Source: an uncultured Bacteroidota bacterium | Lineage (GTDB): Bacteria > Bacteroidota > Bacteroidia > Bacteroidales > GCA-2748055 | Direction: 5' to 3' | Length of the DNA stretch: 64,000 nt | Assembly: GCA_963713725.1 (NCBI GenBank) | Contig: CAVQMZ010000015.1 | Coordinates: 269,027-333,026 of the forward strand | Part shown: positions 35,391 through 45,200 of the stretch, piece after piece | Numbering within the stretch: the stretch's first letter is position 1 | How the letters are laid out: the number at the start of each line of letters is the position of its first letter | Program-made: the position numbers and the translations under genes | Notes under the pieces: generated by a model | Databases searched by the model: none | What the model saw: the letters and a program-made list of their open reading frames with translations, nothing else | What the model was told of the DNA's origin: nothing

Positions 35391-37779
35391 ATGAGAGCCT
35401 TTATTTTCCTCTTCATCTCTTCCATCGCACTTACAGGCAGTGTCTTTGGACAATCCCTTAACACTTGATAAATGGCAATATATAGAAGCAGACGACTCGC
35501 GATCGAAATGGGGCGACCATGGAGAACCTGAGTGGCTTCGTTACTTTGGGCTGGATGCCAAGGACATTAATAAGGATGGCCATATGGATATTATCGCCGG
35601 ATCATATTTTTACCTGAATCCGGGTGGAAATATGGAAGGCGCCTGGAAACGTACGGACCTGGGCATGAATGTGGATGGATATCTTTTTGTTGATGTGGAT
35701 GGGGATGAATTTGCAGATGTGATTGCACTGGCTCTCCCAGATGTTTTCTGGTTTGAGAGTCGATGACTGGGAAGGAAGCACCTGGACAGCCAGGAAAATT
35801 GGGATGCTGCCTAAAACGGGTCATGTGAATAGTCAGGGCTACCGCGCAGGCTCAACTCCTCGAGGGCGAAAAAAAACAGCTGCTCTTTGCTGTGGAAGGT
35901 GGCATTCATGCCTGTACCATTCCGCAGAATCCAAACCTGGCCAGCAATTGGGCATTTTTTAAGATTATTCCTACAGAGTCGGACGAGGGCATCGGGATCG
36001 GCGACATTGATGGCGATGGTGATCTGGATATTGCCTGTGGGGATATTTTAGAAGGGCAGAAAGAAATGCCTACCCTGGTCAACTGGCATGAGAATCCCGG
36101 TTCGATATCGGAGGTGTGGAAGAAACATCAGATTGGTAACACCATACAGGCTGCTGATCGTTTTAAAGTGGCCGATATTGATGGTGACGGGAATGCGGAT
36201 ATTATTGTGTCTGAAGAAATGTATCCTGGACTGGAACCCGAAGCCTCGGTTTTTGTATATACAAATCCCGGAAATCCTGCAGAAGCAGAGTGGGAACGGC
36301 AGGCACTTGTCACCACCTGGTCAGTCAACAACCTGGATGTGGGCGACCTGGACCAGGACGGGGATATGGATATCGTTTCATGTGAACATAAAGGACAGGA
36401 TTATCGCCGTTTGATTTTCGAAAATGACGGGAAAGGAGCATTTACCCTGCATTCACCCGATCAGGGGCGGGAAAGTCACCTGGGTGCATAGCTTTTTGAT
36501 CTGGATAGTGATGGAGATCTTGATATGGTGAGTATTGGATGGGATCACCACCAGTACCTGCATATCTGGCGAAATGATGCCATTAACAAGCCTCTATAGC
36601 TGGAAACATCTGAGTACAAAAACAGGAGAGATTCCACCGACCAACGGAGGAAAGCAACAAACTTCCTGCCTGGTGGCTGACCTTGATCAGGATGGGGCAG
36701 CCGATATTGTTATAACAGACCGAAGTGTTACTCCATCGGTGATCATGTATAAGTACAAGGATGGCAAGTTTGTAAAATCCATCATTGATAATGATCCGCC
36801 TGAAGATTGAAGCTGGAAGTGCCGTATTTGGATATTGACAGCGATGGTGATATGGACATTATATTTCCGGGTGAAGGCCAGAGCAATCAAATCTGGTGGT
36901 GGGAAAATCCCTATCCGGCCGACGACAGCAAGCCCTGGACCAGGCGGACCATTAAGAACAGTGGAAAAAATAAACATCATGATTTATTACCAGGAGATTT
37001 TGACGGCGATGGTTTAACTGAACTGGCCTTCTGGAACCAGGGTGCAAACTCACTGGCCATTGCTGAGATTCCCGCCAAGCCACACAAAGCAAAAGAGTGG
37101 GAATTGGTATCCCATATATACCTACTCCGACGACAGCGAAATGGAACCCGTCATTGGCCTGGAGAACTACCCGTCCTTCAGGGGTATAAACGAACATGAA
37201 GGCCTGGCCACTGCAGATATTGACGGTGATGGACTGACAGATGTTGTAGGAGGTGGTCGGTGGTTTAAACACAAAGGCAATGGTATTTATGAAGCCAGGA
37301 TGATAGAGGCAGGCTATATATTTACCCGCTGTGCAGCCGGACAGCTCATCGAGGGTGGGCGACCTGAAATCATTATGTCGGCAGGCGATGGATATGGACC
37401 CATGAATCTGTACCAGTGGGAGGAAAAATATGACGACTGGAATAAAAAGTGGACGGGTACCGGTACCTGGATTTGTACCCCCATTATAGAAACCCTTTAT
37501 GACGGGCATACCCTGGATATACTCGATTTTAACGGGGATGGGCACCTGGATATCTACACGGCTGAAATGCGTCTCGATCCAAAGAATCCCGGAACCATCA
37601 GGATTCTGCTTGGGGACGGCAAGGGGAATTTTAAGCATCTTGTGGTGGCTGAAGATATTGGTAATCACGAGGGCAAAATTGCTGATGTGGATGGCGATGG
37701 CGACTATGATGTGGTTTCAAAACCCTACAACTGGGATGCGCCCCGTTTGGATGTATTTATCAATAACACAGATAAATAG
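35391..37779 (+). pseudogene. FG-GAP/VCBS repeat protein, broken by several frameshifts and in-frame TAG stops
   Basis: The signal peptide MRAFIFLFISSIALTG and five ORF pieces (35440-35766, 35892-36491, 36535-36810, 36807-37199, 37042-37779) all carry D.DGDGD.D repeats. The TAG at 36489-36491 interrupts HLGA*LFDLDSDGDLDMV in frame. Confidence 0.8.
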
Positions 37780-37787
37780 GACCAGCC

Positions 37788-39045
37788 ATGAGAAAAACAC
37801 AAAGCTGCATCCTATTTTTACTCTTCGCTTTTTCTGCGTTTGCTCAACCCGGTCCGGGCGACGTTTTCAGAGAATATACCTGGTCAATGCCGGGAGATGG
37901 GCAGAGTGAATCCTTTCTAAGGGTATGTGGTGACGGAGATTATTACGAACCTACAAGTGACGAATGGAATTTTTTTCCAGAAGGCTTCGTGAATAATGGG
38001 TGGCTTAGCCTGCATTCTGAGCTGGATTTGGAAGAGGCCATCAGGGCTGAAATCGTGGTGGAACGCATGCTCTGTCATGACGGGTCCACCGGGCTTGGCG
38101 GTAAAATTCAATGAGGGGGAATGGCATGCCTTTCCTGATGCTGATAGCATACCCCGGCCCCAGAGTGAGTATTTATATCATTATTATCCCATCGTAAAGA
38201 TCCCACTGTCAGAACTTAAAAGTGGCCCGGAAATCAACCGCTTCCGCTTTACCCTGAACCCCGGTCAGCGATTTGGAATGCCCCAGAATATGGTATACGG
38301 TATGGTGCTTCGGATCTATTATAAAAATACAAAGCCTCATTGTGAAGCTGAGATAGCAGGTATAAATCATGGAGATGGACTTGGTGAGGAAATAGAGTTA
38401 AATGTAAAATCCAAATCGGCATTTTCGAAAGTGGATTATTTTGGATTGATGGACAACCTTAATTATGAAGGTGATGGTGTTTATTATCAATGGCATTATA
38501 ATTATCACCGGGGAGAACTGGTAAATCACATTGGAAGTTCTGAAACAGGCGAATTTATATGGGATACAAAATGGATTCCAGATCAGTCCAGAGGCATACA
38601 AATTGCCGCCCGGGTGACTGATGAAAATGGAATCATCTATATGACTCCGGCGGTAAAAGACCTCCACTTTGAAAGAGCTTTTAAGGTAGAGCTTTGTAAA
38701 CCCTACAATATTCCCCGCCGTTGGGCCACCCGTGAAAGTGAATTTGTGGCAGGTTTTGATGTAAAAGGCGATCTGTCTAAAGTTGAAAGCTTCCTGGTAA
38801 GTGCAGTCACCTGGTCGCCGGGATATCTGAATGGCGTCTATCTTAACGACTTTCTTATCCTGGACAGGGAATCCTGCAAATATTGCTACCATATTATCCG
38901 CATTGAATCCGATGAATCCGCATTTTTATCTGGCATGAACAGCTTGAAAACGGGGAAAACACCATATTACCACGGAAAAATGGTTCATGGGACTGAGATT
39001 CAGTACCCTGGTTTTATGGTATTGGTCAGGTATAAAGCAGATTAA
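37788..39045 (+). pseudogene. Secreted protein of unknown function, single frameshift near 38090
   Basis: ORF 37788-38114 (signal peptide ...CHDGSTGL) continues as ...AVKFNEGEWHAFPD in ORF 37996-39045. Confidence 0.6.
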
Positions 39046-39046
39046 G

Positions 39047-39937
39047 ATGGACTCAGTGAAACGATCAGGTATAATTCTACTATTCTTCAGTTTGATGCTC
39101 GCACTTCCCCTGCATGCAGAGTTTTCGTCAACAGAGCTTCAGTTTAAGGAGGAAGTCTATGAGGGCAAGTCCCACTATGTGATTGCCACCCCGAATATTA
39201 CCTATTACTATGACATGGAGGGAGGGGGATTTTCCCGGATGATTGATAGGTCAGGAAGGGATTGGATTTCTTTTAAACGTGAACCATGGGGAGAATATCC
39301 CGCATCGGCCGCCTCAGCATTTCGTGGCATCCCCAACCTGGTATTTAATGGTGATGATGGCGGAGCCGGTCATCCCGGGCATGAAAAGTGCACTTCTTAT
39401 TTGGAGGGTAATAAGATCGTAAGCGAGTCCCTCAGCGGAATCTGGAAATGGACCTGGGAGTTTTTTGATTCCTATGCTGTTCTTGAGGTACTCAAAGTCG
39501 ATCCCGATCTGGCATACTGGTTTCTCTATGAAGGAACTCCGGGCGGAGCCTATACCCCTGATGATTATTTTTTCGGAACATCAAACATGCCTCCGGCTGC
39601 GGGGCTACCCGATTTTTATAAGGGAGAAAATATATTCGGGCATTTTCAATGGATCTACTGTGGAGCTAAGGAAAAAAGAAGAAGCTTTTTTATGATCCAG
39701 CTTACTCCCGATGAACAAGTGGATTTAGTTGGCTATCTTGGAAATACCAAAGAGGGAGTAAATAGCCCCGATGGCATGACCGTATTTGGCTTTGGGCGGG
39801 ATGAGAATACCACACCCTTACTAAGCGGGAAACAGAAGTTTGTAATCGGTCTTTATCCAAAAAACCTGGACGATAAAAAGCAGGTAAAAAAATTTGAGAC
39901 CTTCCTTAAATCGAAATTTGAAATTCAATCTTACTAA
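39047..39937 (+). CDS. Secreted protein of unknown function
   Basis: Start taken at MDSVKRSGIILLFFSLMLALPLHA (signal peptide), 1 nt after the upstream stop. Confidence 0.5.
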   Translation: MDSVKRSGIILLFFSLMLALPLHAEFSSTELQFKEEVYEGKSHYVIATPNITYYYDMEGGGFSRMIDRSGRDWISFKREPWGEYPASAASAFRGIPNLVFNGDDGGAGHPGHEKCTSYLEGNKIVSESLSGIWKWTWEFFDSYAVLEVLKVDPDLAYWFLYEGTPGGAYTPDDYFFGTSNMPPAAGLPDFYKGENIFGHFQWIYCGAKEKRRSFFMIQLTPDEQVDLVGYLGNTKEGVNSPDGMTVFGFGRDENTTPLLSGKQKFVIGLYPKNLDDKKQVKKFETFLKSKFEIQSY

Positions 39938-39947
39938 AAACAAGCAG

Positions 39948-41171
39948 ATGAACACCCTTCTATCTACCTTCATTGCAATGACGCTAATTATGATGGGCTG
40001 CCACACTACAAGTAAAAATGAGCCGGTTTCCCAGATAAAAAATGAGCTCAGTTTCGAGCAGACTATGATTGCCGATTCACTTGAACATCTTTGGGCACAT
40101 TGCCCTGTAGATCTTACGGGTGATGGTCTGGTGGACCTGGTCTATATCTTCCGCAATTCCTCAGGAGGCTACCTGGCTTATCGCCAGGGCCAGGAGGAAG
40201 CCGGGGAGTGGAAGGAGGTGATCATCGCCCAGAGCCCTCCTGATTTTGGTCTTTTTGCGGCAGGTGATATGGAATGTGGAGACATGGACAATGATGGCGA
40301 CGTTGATGTGATTGCTGTACGTCACCCCGGTGAATGGGTGGATGCAGGTGCCGAAGCGGATCTTTTCTGGTATGAAAACCCGGATTGGACCCCCCACTAT
40401 ATTGGCCAGGTACCAGATGCAGTCAAGGATGTGAGTGTGGCCGATTTTGACAATGACAAGAAAATTGATCTGGCCATTATGACTTTCGACAACAACACCC
40501 TTTCGATTTTCAAGCAGGTGGATAAGGATCACTTTGAAAGGGTTCAGTACTGGGAGAATTTTATGAATCTACACGAGGGAATGGGATTGGGAGATGCCAA
40601 TGACGATGGATGGAACGACATCATTGCAGGGGCAATCCTCTTTACCAATCCATCCGAGGATATAACCCGGGAATGGAAGGTTCAGAACATTGACGAGTCA
40701 CGTAACAATCAGACGGGCGACTGGTCGCGCAATGCCACAAAGGCCTTTCTGAAGGATTTAGATGGTAACGGGAAAATGGAGATTTTCCTCAGTCATTCGG
40801 AGCGCAACGGATATCCGGTAAGTTATTATCAGTTAAACGAAAAAAACGAATACGTGGAGCATATTGTTGCTGACAGTGTTTCTTCCTGCCATACCCTGCA
40901 GGTTTACGATTTTGATCTGGATGGATCTTATGATGTGCTCACAGGGGTGAACATTCACAGGGCTGTGAACATTAATCAGACAGAATTTCCCATTACCATT
41001 TACAGGGGCAACGAAGACTATAGTCAGTGGGATCCATTTATTATAGGAAATGAGGGTATATACAATGGGCAGGTCGTTGATTTTGAGGGTGATGGCGATA
41101 TGGACATCTTCCGCTACCAGGGTCATGAGGCCAGTGAGTTTTTTCTGCTGATCAATAAAGTGATTGATTAA
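39948..41171 (+). CDS. FG-GAP repeat lipoprotein
   Basis: MNTLLSTFIAMTLIMMGC lipobox, plus repeats DLTGDGLVDLV, DMDNDGDVDVI, DFDNDKKIDL, DANDDGWNDI and DFEGDGDMDIF. Confidence 0.75.
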   Translation: MNTLLSTFIAMTLIMMGCHTTSKNEPVSQIKNELSFEQTMIADSLEHLWAHCPVDLTGDGLVDLVYIFRNSSGGYLAYRQGQEEAGEWKEVIIAQSPPDFGLFAAGDMECGDMDNDGDVDVIAVRHPGEWVDAGAEADLFWYENPDWTPHYIGQVPDAVKDVSVADFDNDKKIDLAIMTFDNNTLSIFKQVDKDHFERVQYWENFMNLHEGMGLGDANDDGWNDIIAGAILFTNPSEDITREWKVQNIDESRNNQTGDWSRNATKAFLKDLDGNGKMEIFLSHSERNGYPVSYYQLNEKNEYVEHIVADSVSSCHTLQVYDFDLDGSYDVLTGVNIHRAVNINQTEFPITIYRGNEDYSQWDPFIIGNEGIYNGQVVDFEGDGDMDIFRYQGHEASEFFLLINKVID

Positions 41172-41186
41172 ATTCTTTAAGCTAAG

Positions 41187-42278
41187 ATGAAAGCGCTTCC
41201 CTTACTTTTATTCCTTGGCCTGATCCTTCAGGCCTGCTCAAGCTCGCCGGACCAGGTTTTCCCGGTAGAGGAATGGCTGAGCACACCGCCCGAGGAACAG
41301 GGAATGGATCCGGAGAAGATGCAGGAGGCCCTTGATTATCTGGCTTCACAATCAAAGCACAATAAAAACAAAGAAGTGCTGATCATCAGAAACGGTTACC
41401 AGATATTTGCCGGTGAAAATATCGACAGCATCCACAATATCTGGTCCTGTTCCAAAACCTTTACCAGTACCGTACTGGGACTGCTGGTAGATGATGGGGT
41501 GATATCCCTGGATGATAAAGCCGCTCAATACGAGCCTCTTCTAAAAGAATATTACCCGGATGTAAGTTTTCGGCATTTTACCACCATGACTTCGGGTTAC
41601 AGTGCAAAGGGGAGGAGTCGCTGGGAAGATGCCGATTATGCAGACTGGTCCTGGACAGTGTATGAGCCGGAGGAACCACTCTTTCCTGCCGGATCTGCCT
41701 TTGCTTACTGGGACGAAGCGCAGATGATGTTTGGCCGGGTGCTGACCCGGATCCTTCAGGAGCCCATGCATGATTTTCTAAAGGAACGTATCACCGATCC
41801 CATTGGAATGGGCGAATGGAACTGGTATCCGGAAAAGGATCTGGATGGAATTCCCATAAATAATGGTTGTACAAATGTTTTTATCTCTGCAAAGCAATTT
41901 GCGCGCTGGGGCTGGCTATTCCTGAACCAGGGGAACTGGGATGGCCAGCAACTTATCTCAAAGGAATGGGTGGAAAAGGCCACATCTGTGCAGGTCCCGT
42001 TTTCTCTTCCAATGGGAGATACCGATCGAAGGGAAACCATAGGCCCTGGTTGCTATGGCTTCAACTGGTGGGTAAATGGCGAGATGGCCGATGGAAGCAT
42101 GAAACTACCCGGTGCCCCTGAAGGGCTTTATTTCCCATCCGGACTGAACAACAATAAGTGCCTGGTCATCCCCCAATGGAACATGGTAATTGTCCGGATG
42201 GGTGAAGATGGCCACCCCCAAAAGCCGGATATGGTCTATGGAACCTTCCTGGGCTTAATGGGAGAGGCTATTAAATAA
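41187..42278 (+). CDS. Serine hydrolase (beta-lactamase family)
   Basis: 363 aa with a lipoprotein signal peptide and the S-x-x-K motif in WSCSKTFTSTVLG. Confidence 0.8.
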   Translation: MKALPLLLFLGLILQACSSSPDQVFPVEEWLSTPPEEQGMDPEKMQEALDYLASQSKHNKNKEVLIIRNGYQIFAGENIDSIHNIWSCSKTFTSTVLGLLVDDGVISLDDKAAQYEPLLKEYYPDVSFRHFTTMTSGYSAKGRSRWEDADYADWSWTVYEPEEPLFPAGSAFAYWDEAQMMFGRVLTRILQEPMHDFLKERITDPIGMGEWNWYPEKDLDGIPINNGCTNVFISAKQFARWGWLFLNQGNWDGQQLISKEWVEKATSVQVPFSLPMGDTDRRETIGPGCYGFNWWVNGEMADGSMKLPGAPEGLYFPSGLNNNKCLVIPQWNMVIVRMGEDGHPQKPDMVYGTFLGLMGEAIK

Positions 42279-42283
42279 TCTAA

Positions 42284-45200
42284 CTAGTATTTAATCATCT
42301 TCTTGATACTCACCCCTTCATTTGTATGAATCTGTAGGAACCATATTCCTGCGCTTACCGACGAGAGGTCAATCTGTATATTTCCATTTGCCTGATCCAC
42401 ATCAGAAATCTGCAATACTACTTTGCCGGAGATATCTTTGACCTCAATAAGATCAACAAGCTCCCTGGATTTTGAATAATCAAGGTAGACTATGCTCTCA
42501 AACGGGTTGGGATAGGTCCTGAACTGATCTGTTTCATTCATATCCAATACCGAAGTTGTCTGTCCATCGGTGGAGAGAACGATATCAAAATTGCCGTTTG
42601 CTCCGTCAAAACCATCCACCATAATGTAGTAGGTTTTTCCGGCAGTCAGTCCTTCAACGGGTAGATAACTGTCAAAGAAAGTTGAACAGTCATCCGGGCC
42701 GGCATCGTTGGCGGCAATCAGGGTAAAGGTGTTAAAATCATTCGGATCTGTGGCATCATACAATGCGAGCTGGGTATCAAAATCAGCCAGGTCGCAGGTA
42801 CTGATGTAGACGATGCCGCCGGAGGGAGCGATAAATTTAAACCATACAGAATTTTCCACCAGCTCATCACACCAGCCCGTGAGGCAATCATCCATGTTGG
42901 CACCCATTGGGTGAATCATCTGTTCAAATTCACTGGCAGTTGCCAGGGAGTTTGAAAATCCTGTCTGGATCTCTCCGTTAACCGGCAGCATGATTGCCGC
43001 CAAAACATCATCGTTTACCGGACCAGGGGTAATGTCGTCATTTATTACAATGCTGAAGTGACCCTTGTCGTTCCCATAACCATCCACTACAATATAATAG
43101 GTGTCACCAGCCTTTAAATCATATACCGGCAGATAGCTATCTCCGTTTGTTGAACAGCTTGTGGGACCATCCTCGTTGGCTGCCATCAGTGTAAAGGTTT
43201 CAAGATTGGCACAATCGCCAACCGCGTAAACTGCGAGCTGGGTATCAAAATTGGCCAGATTGCAGGTCGATATCTCCACATCACCGTCTGAGGGTGCTGT
43301 AAATTTGAACCAGACTGAGCTGTTCATACTGCCATCCTTCCATACCTCGGCAGGAACGATATTATCCTCGATGGTATCGGCCGATGCACCATGATTCGTA
43401 AACAGTCCCTGCACGGTCCCATCAACAGGGAGCTCATAGGCTTCGCAAACTTCATCATTTACAGGTGTTTCGGGAGGAGATGCTATGATATCAATGCTGA
43501 ACACCCCAACATCATTCATACTTCCGTCGATCATTAAGTAGTAGACAGAATCTGCCTCCAGGTCAGTAATATTCAAAATGCTTCCACGCACACCTCGGCC
43601 ATTTGGATATTCATCATCCGGCGGGACCTGGCGAATATGGGAGTTGTCTTCAGCAGCAATAAGCCTGTAGCTGGCAAAATCTGCGCATGATCCGACTTCA
43701 TACAGTGCTAACTGTGTAATGAAATTGGTCTGGTTCCAGGTGCTGATTTCGACGGAGCCGCTTGGCGGGGCAACAAATTTAAACCAAACGGACTTTTCAA
43801 CCTGGCGGGCAAACTCATTTACAGGTTTATCGGTCCATCCATTCTCCCCCGACTCCACATAGGGTGGCGCCAGTGCCTGCTCCGCAGTGGAAGAGGTCGC
43901 ACCGCCATTGCTGAATGGTCCCTGGAATACGGTATTATTATCAAGACTTATTGCATAGCATGCTTCATCATTTTTTGGTTTGGGAATCGATATTTTAATG
44001 TCGAATTCTCCAGTCTGGCCCTTAAATCCATCCACCAGGATGAGGTAAGCTTTCCCTTTGGTAAGTCCCTTATAAGTCAGGCGACTGTTGTGCCCTCCCT
44101 GGAAGGTAATGTCATCGTTAAAAGCCAGCTTAGAATAGGTACGGAACCATTCGGGGCCACAAATATTACCTTCAGTGGCATACAGACCCAACTGTGTGTC
44201 GAAGGTGGCATTTTCCAGATCTATAATGACCTCTCCACCTGGCGGAGCGACAAAGTTAAACCAAACGGAACTCTGAATGCTGTCCGATTTCCAACCATAA
44301 ACCGGATCGGTGGATGAGGGTGTCAGCATTTGCTCATTTTCCTCGGCAGTAGCCAGGTAATTATTGAAATGAACGGGCTGTCCATCCACTGAAAGCAGCT
44401 CATACATACAGGCATTATCGATGCGTGGTGCCGGCGAACTCAGGCGTAGTCCAAAATCGCTCTGTGCTCCTGCAAAACCATCGACTAAAAGATAAAGTGT
44501 ATCACCAAAGATTAAGTTATCCAGGTATATCCAGCTGCTGCTACCAGTGCACCCGTCGTCGTTTGAGGCCAGAAGCTGGAAGGTACTCAGATCGTCGCAA
44601 TCGCCAACGCTGTATACGGCTATTTGAGAATTGAAACCAGTGTTCATGTCTTCACAGGCGCTGATGGTGAGTTCCGGACTGATCACAACAAATTTGAACC
44701 AAACGGAATTGGTAATTTCAGCCAGGTTTCCACTTGTTTCAGGACACCAGCCATTTGCACAATCAGCCGGAGGTGTAAGAATCTGTTCTTCGATAACTGA
44801 ATAGGAATTTTTATTGGAAATATTTGAGATTGCACCAAATTTATTCGTGTAAGTTGTTTGCAGGCTATTGTCAACAGGTAAGATTAAGGCATTACAAACC
44901 AAATTGTTATCGGGTGGCCGGTTATTATCCGTTGCTCCGTAAAAAGCTGAAAGAAAAACCCTGTCGGCACCTATTGTATCATACAGGGGCTGGAAGCGGA
45001 CTTCAAAATCCTCAAATCCCCTGGCTTCAATTTTTGGATTCGATACCCTCAGGTTGATGGTCCTGCTTTCTCCGGGATCCATCTCAAAAGCCTCCCCAAG
45101 GTCCTCGTCGGTGTCGATCTTTGGTTTATTTATGGTATTGGGGATTTTTAAGAAATAGGAGCGGAGTTCATCTGAATTATTGCTTATCCTCAGGCTGAAA

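Noticed and set aside
36489-36491. In-frame TAG as programmed read-through or pyrrolysine
   Set aside because: The same gene carries multiple frameshifts and a second TAG. No Pyl machinery is evident, and decay is the simpler explanation.
36952-37668. 238-aa minus-strand ORF
   Set aside because: It is antisense to the FG-GAP pseudogene and has no motifs. The sense strand carries clear D.DGDGD.D repeats.
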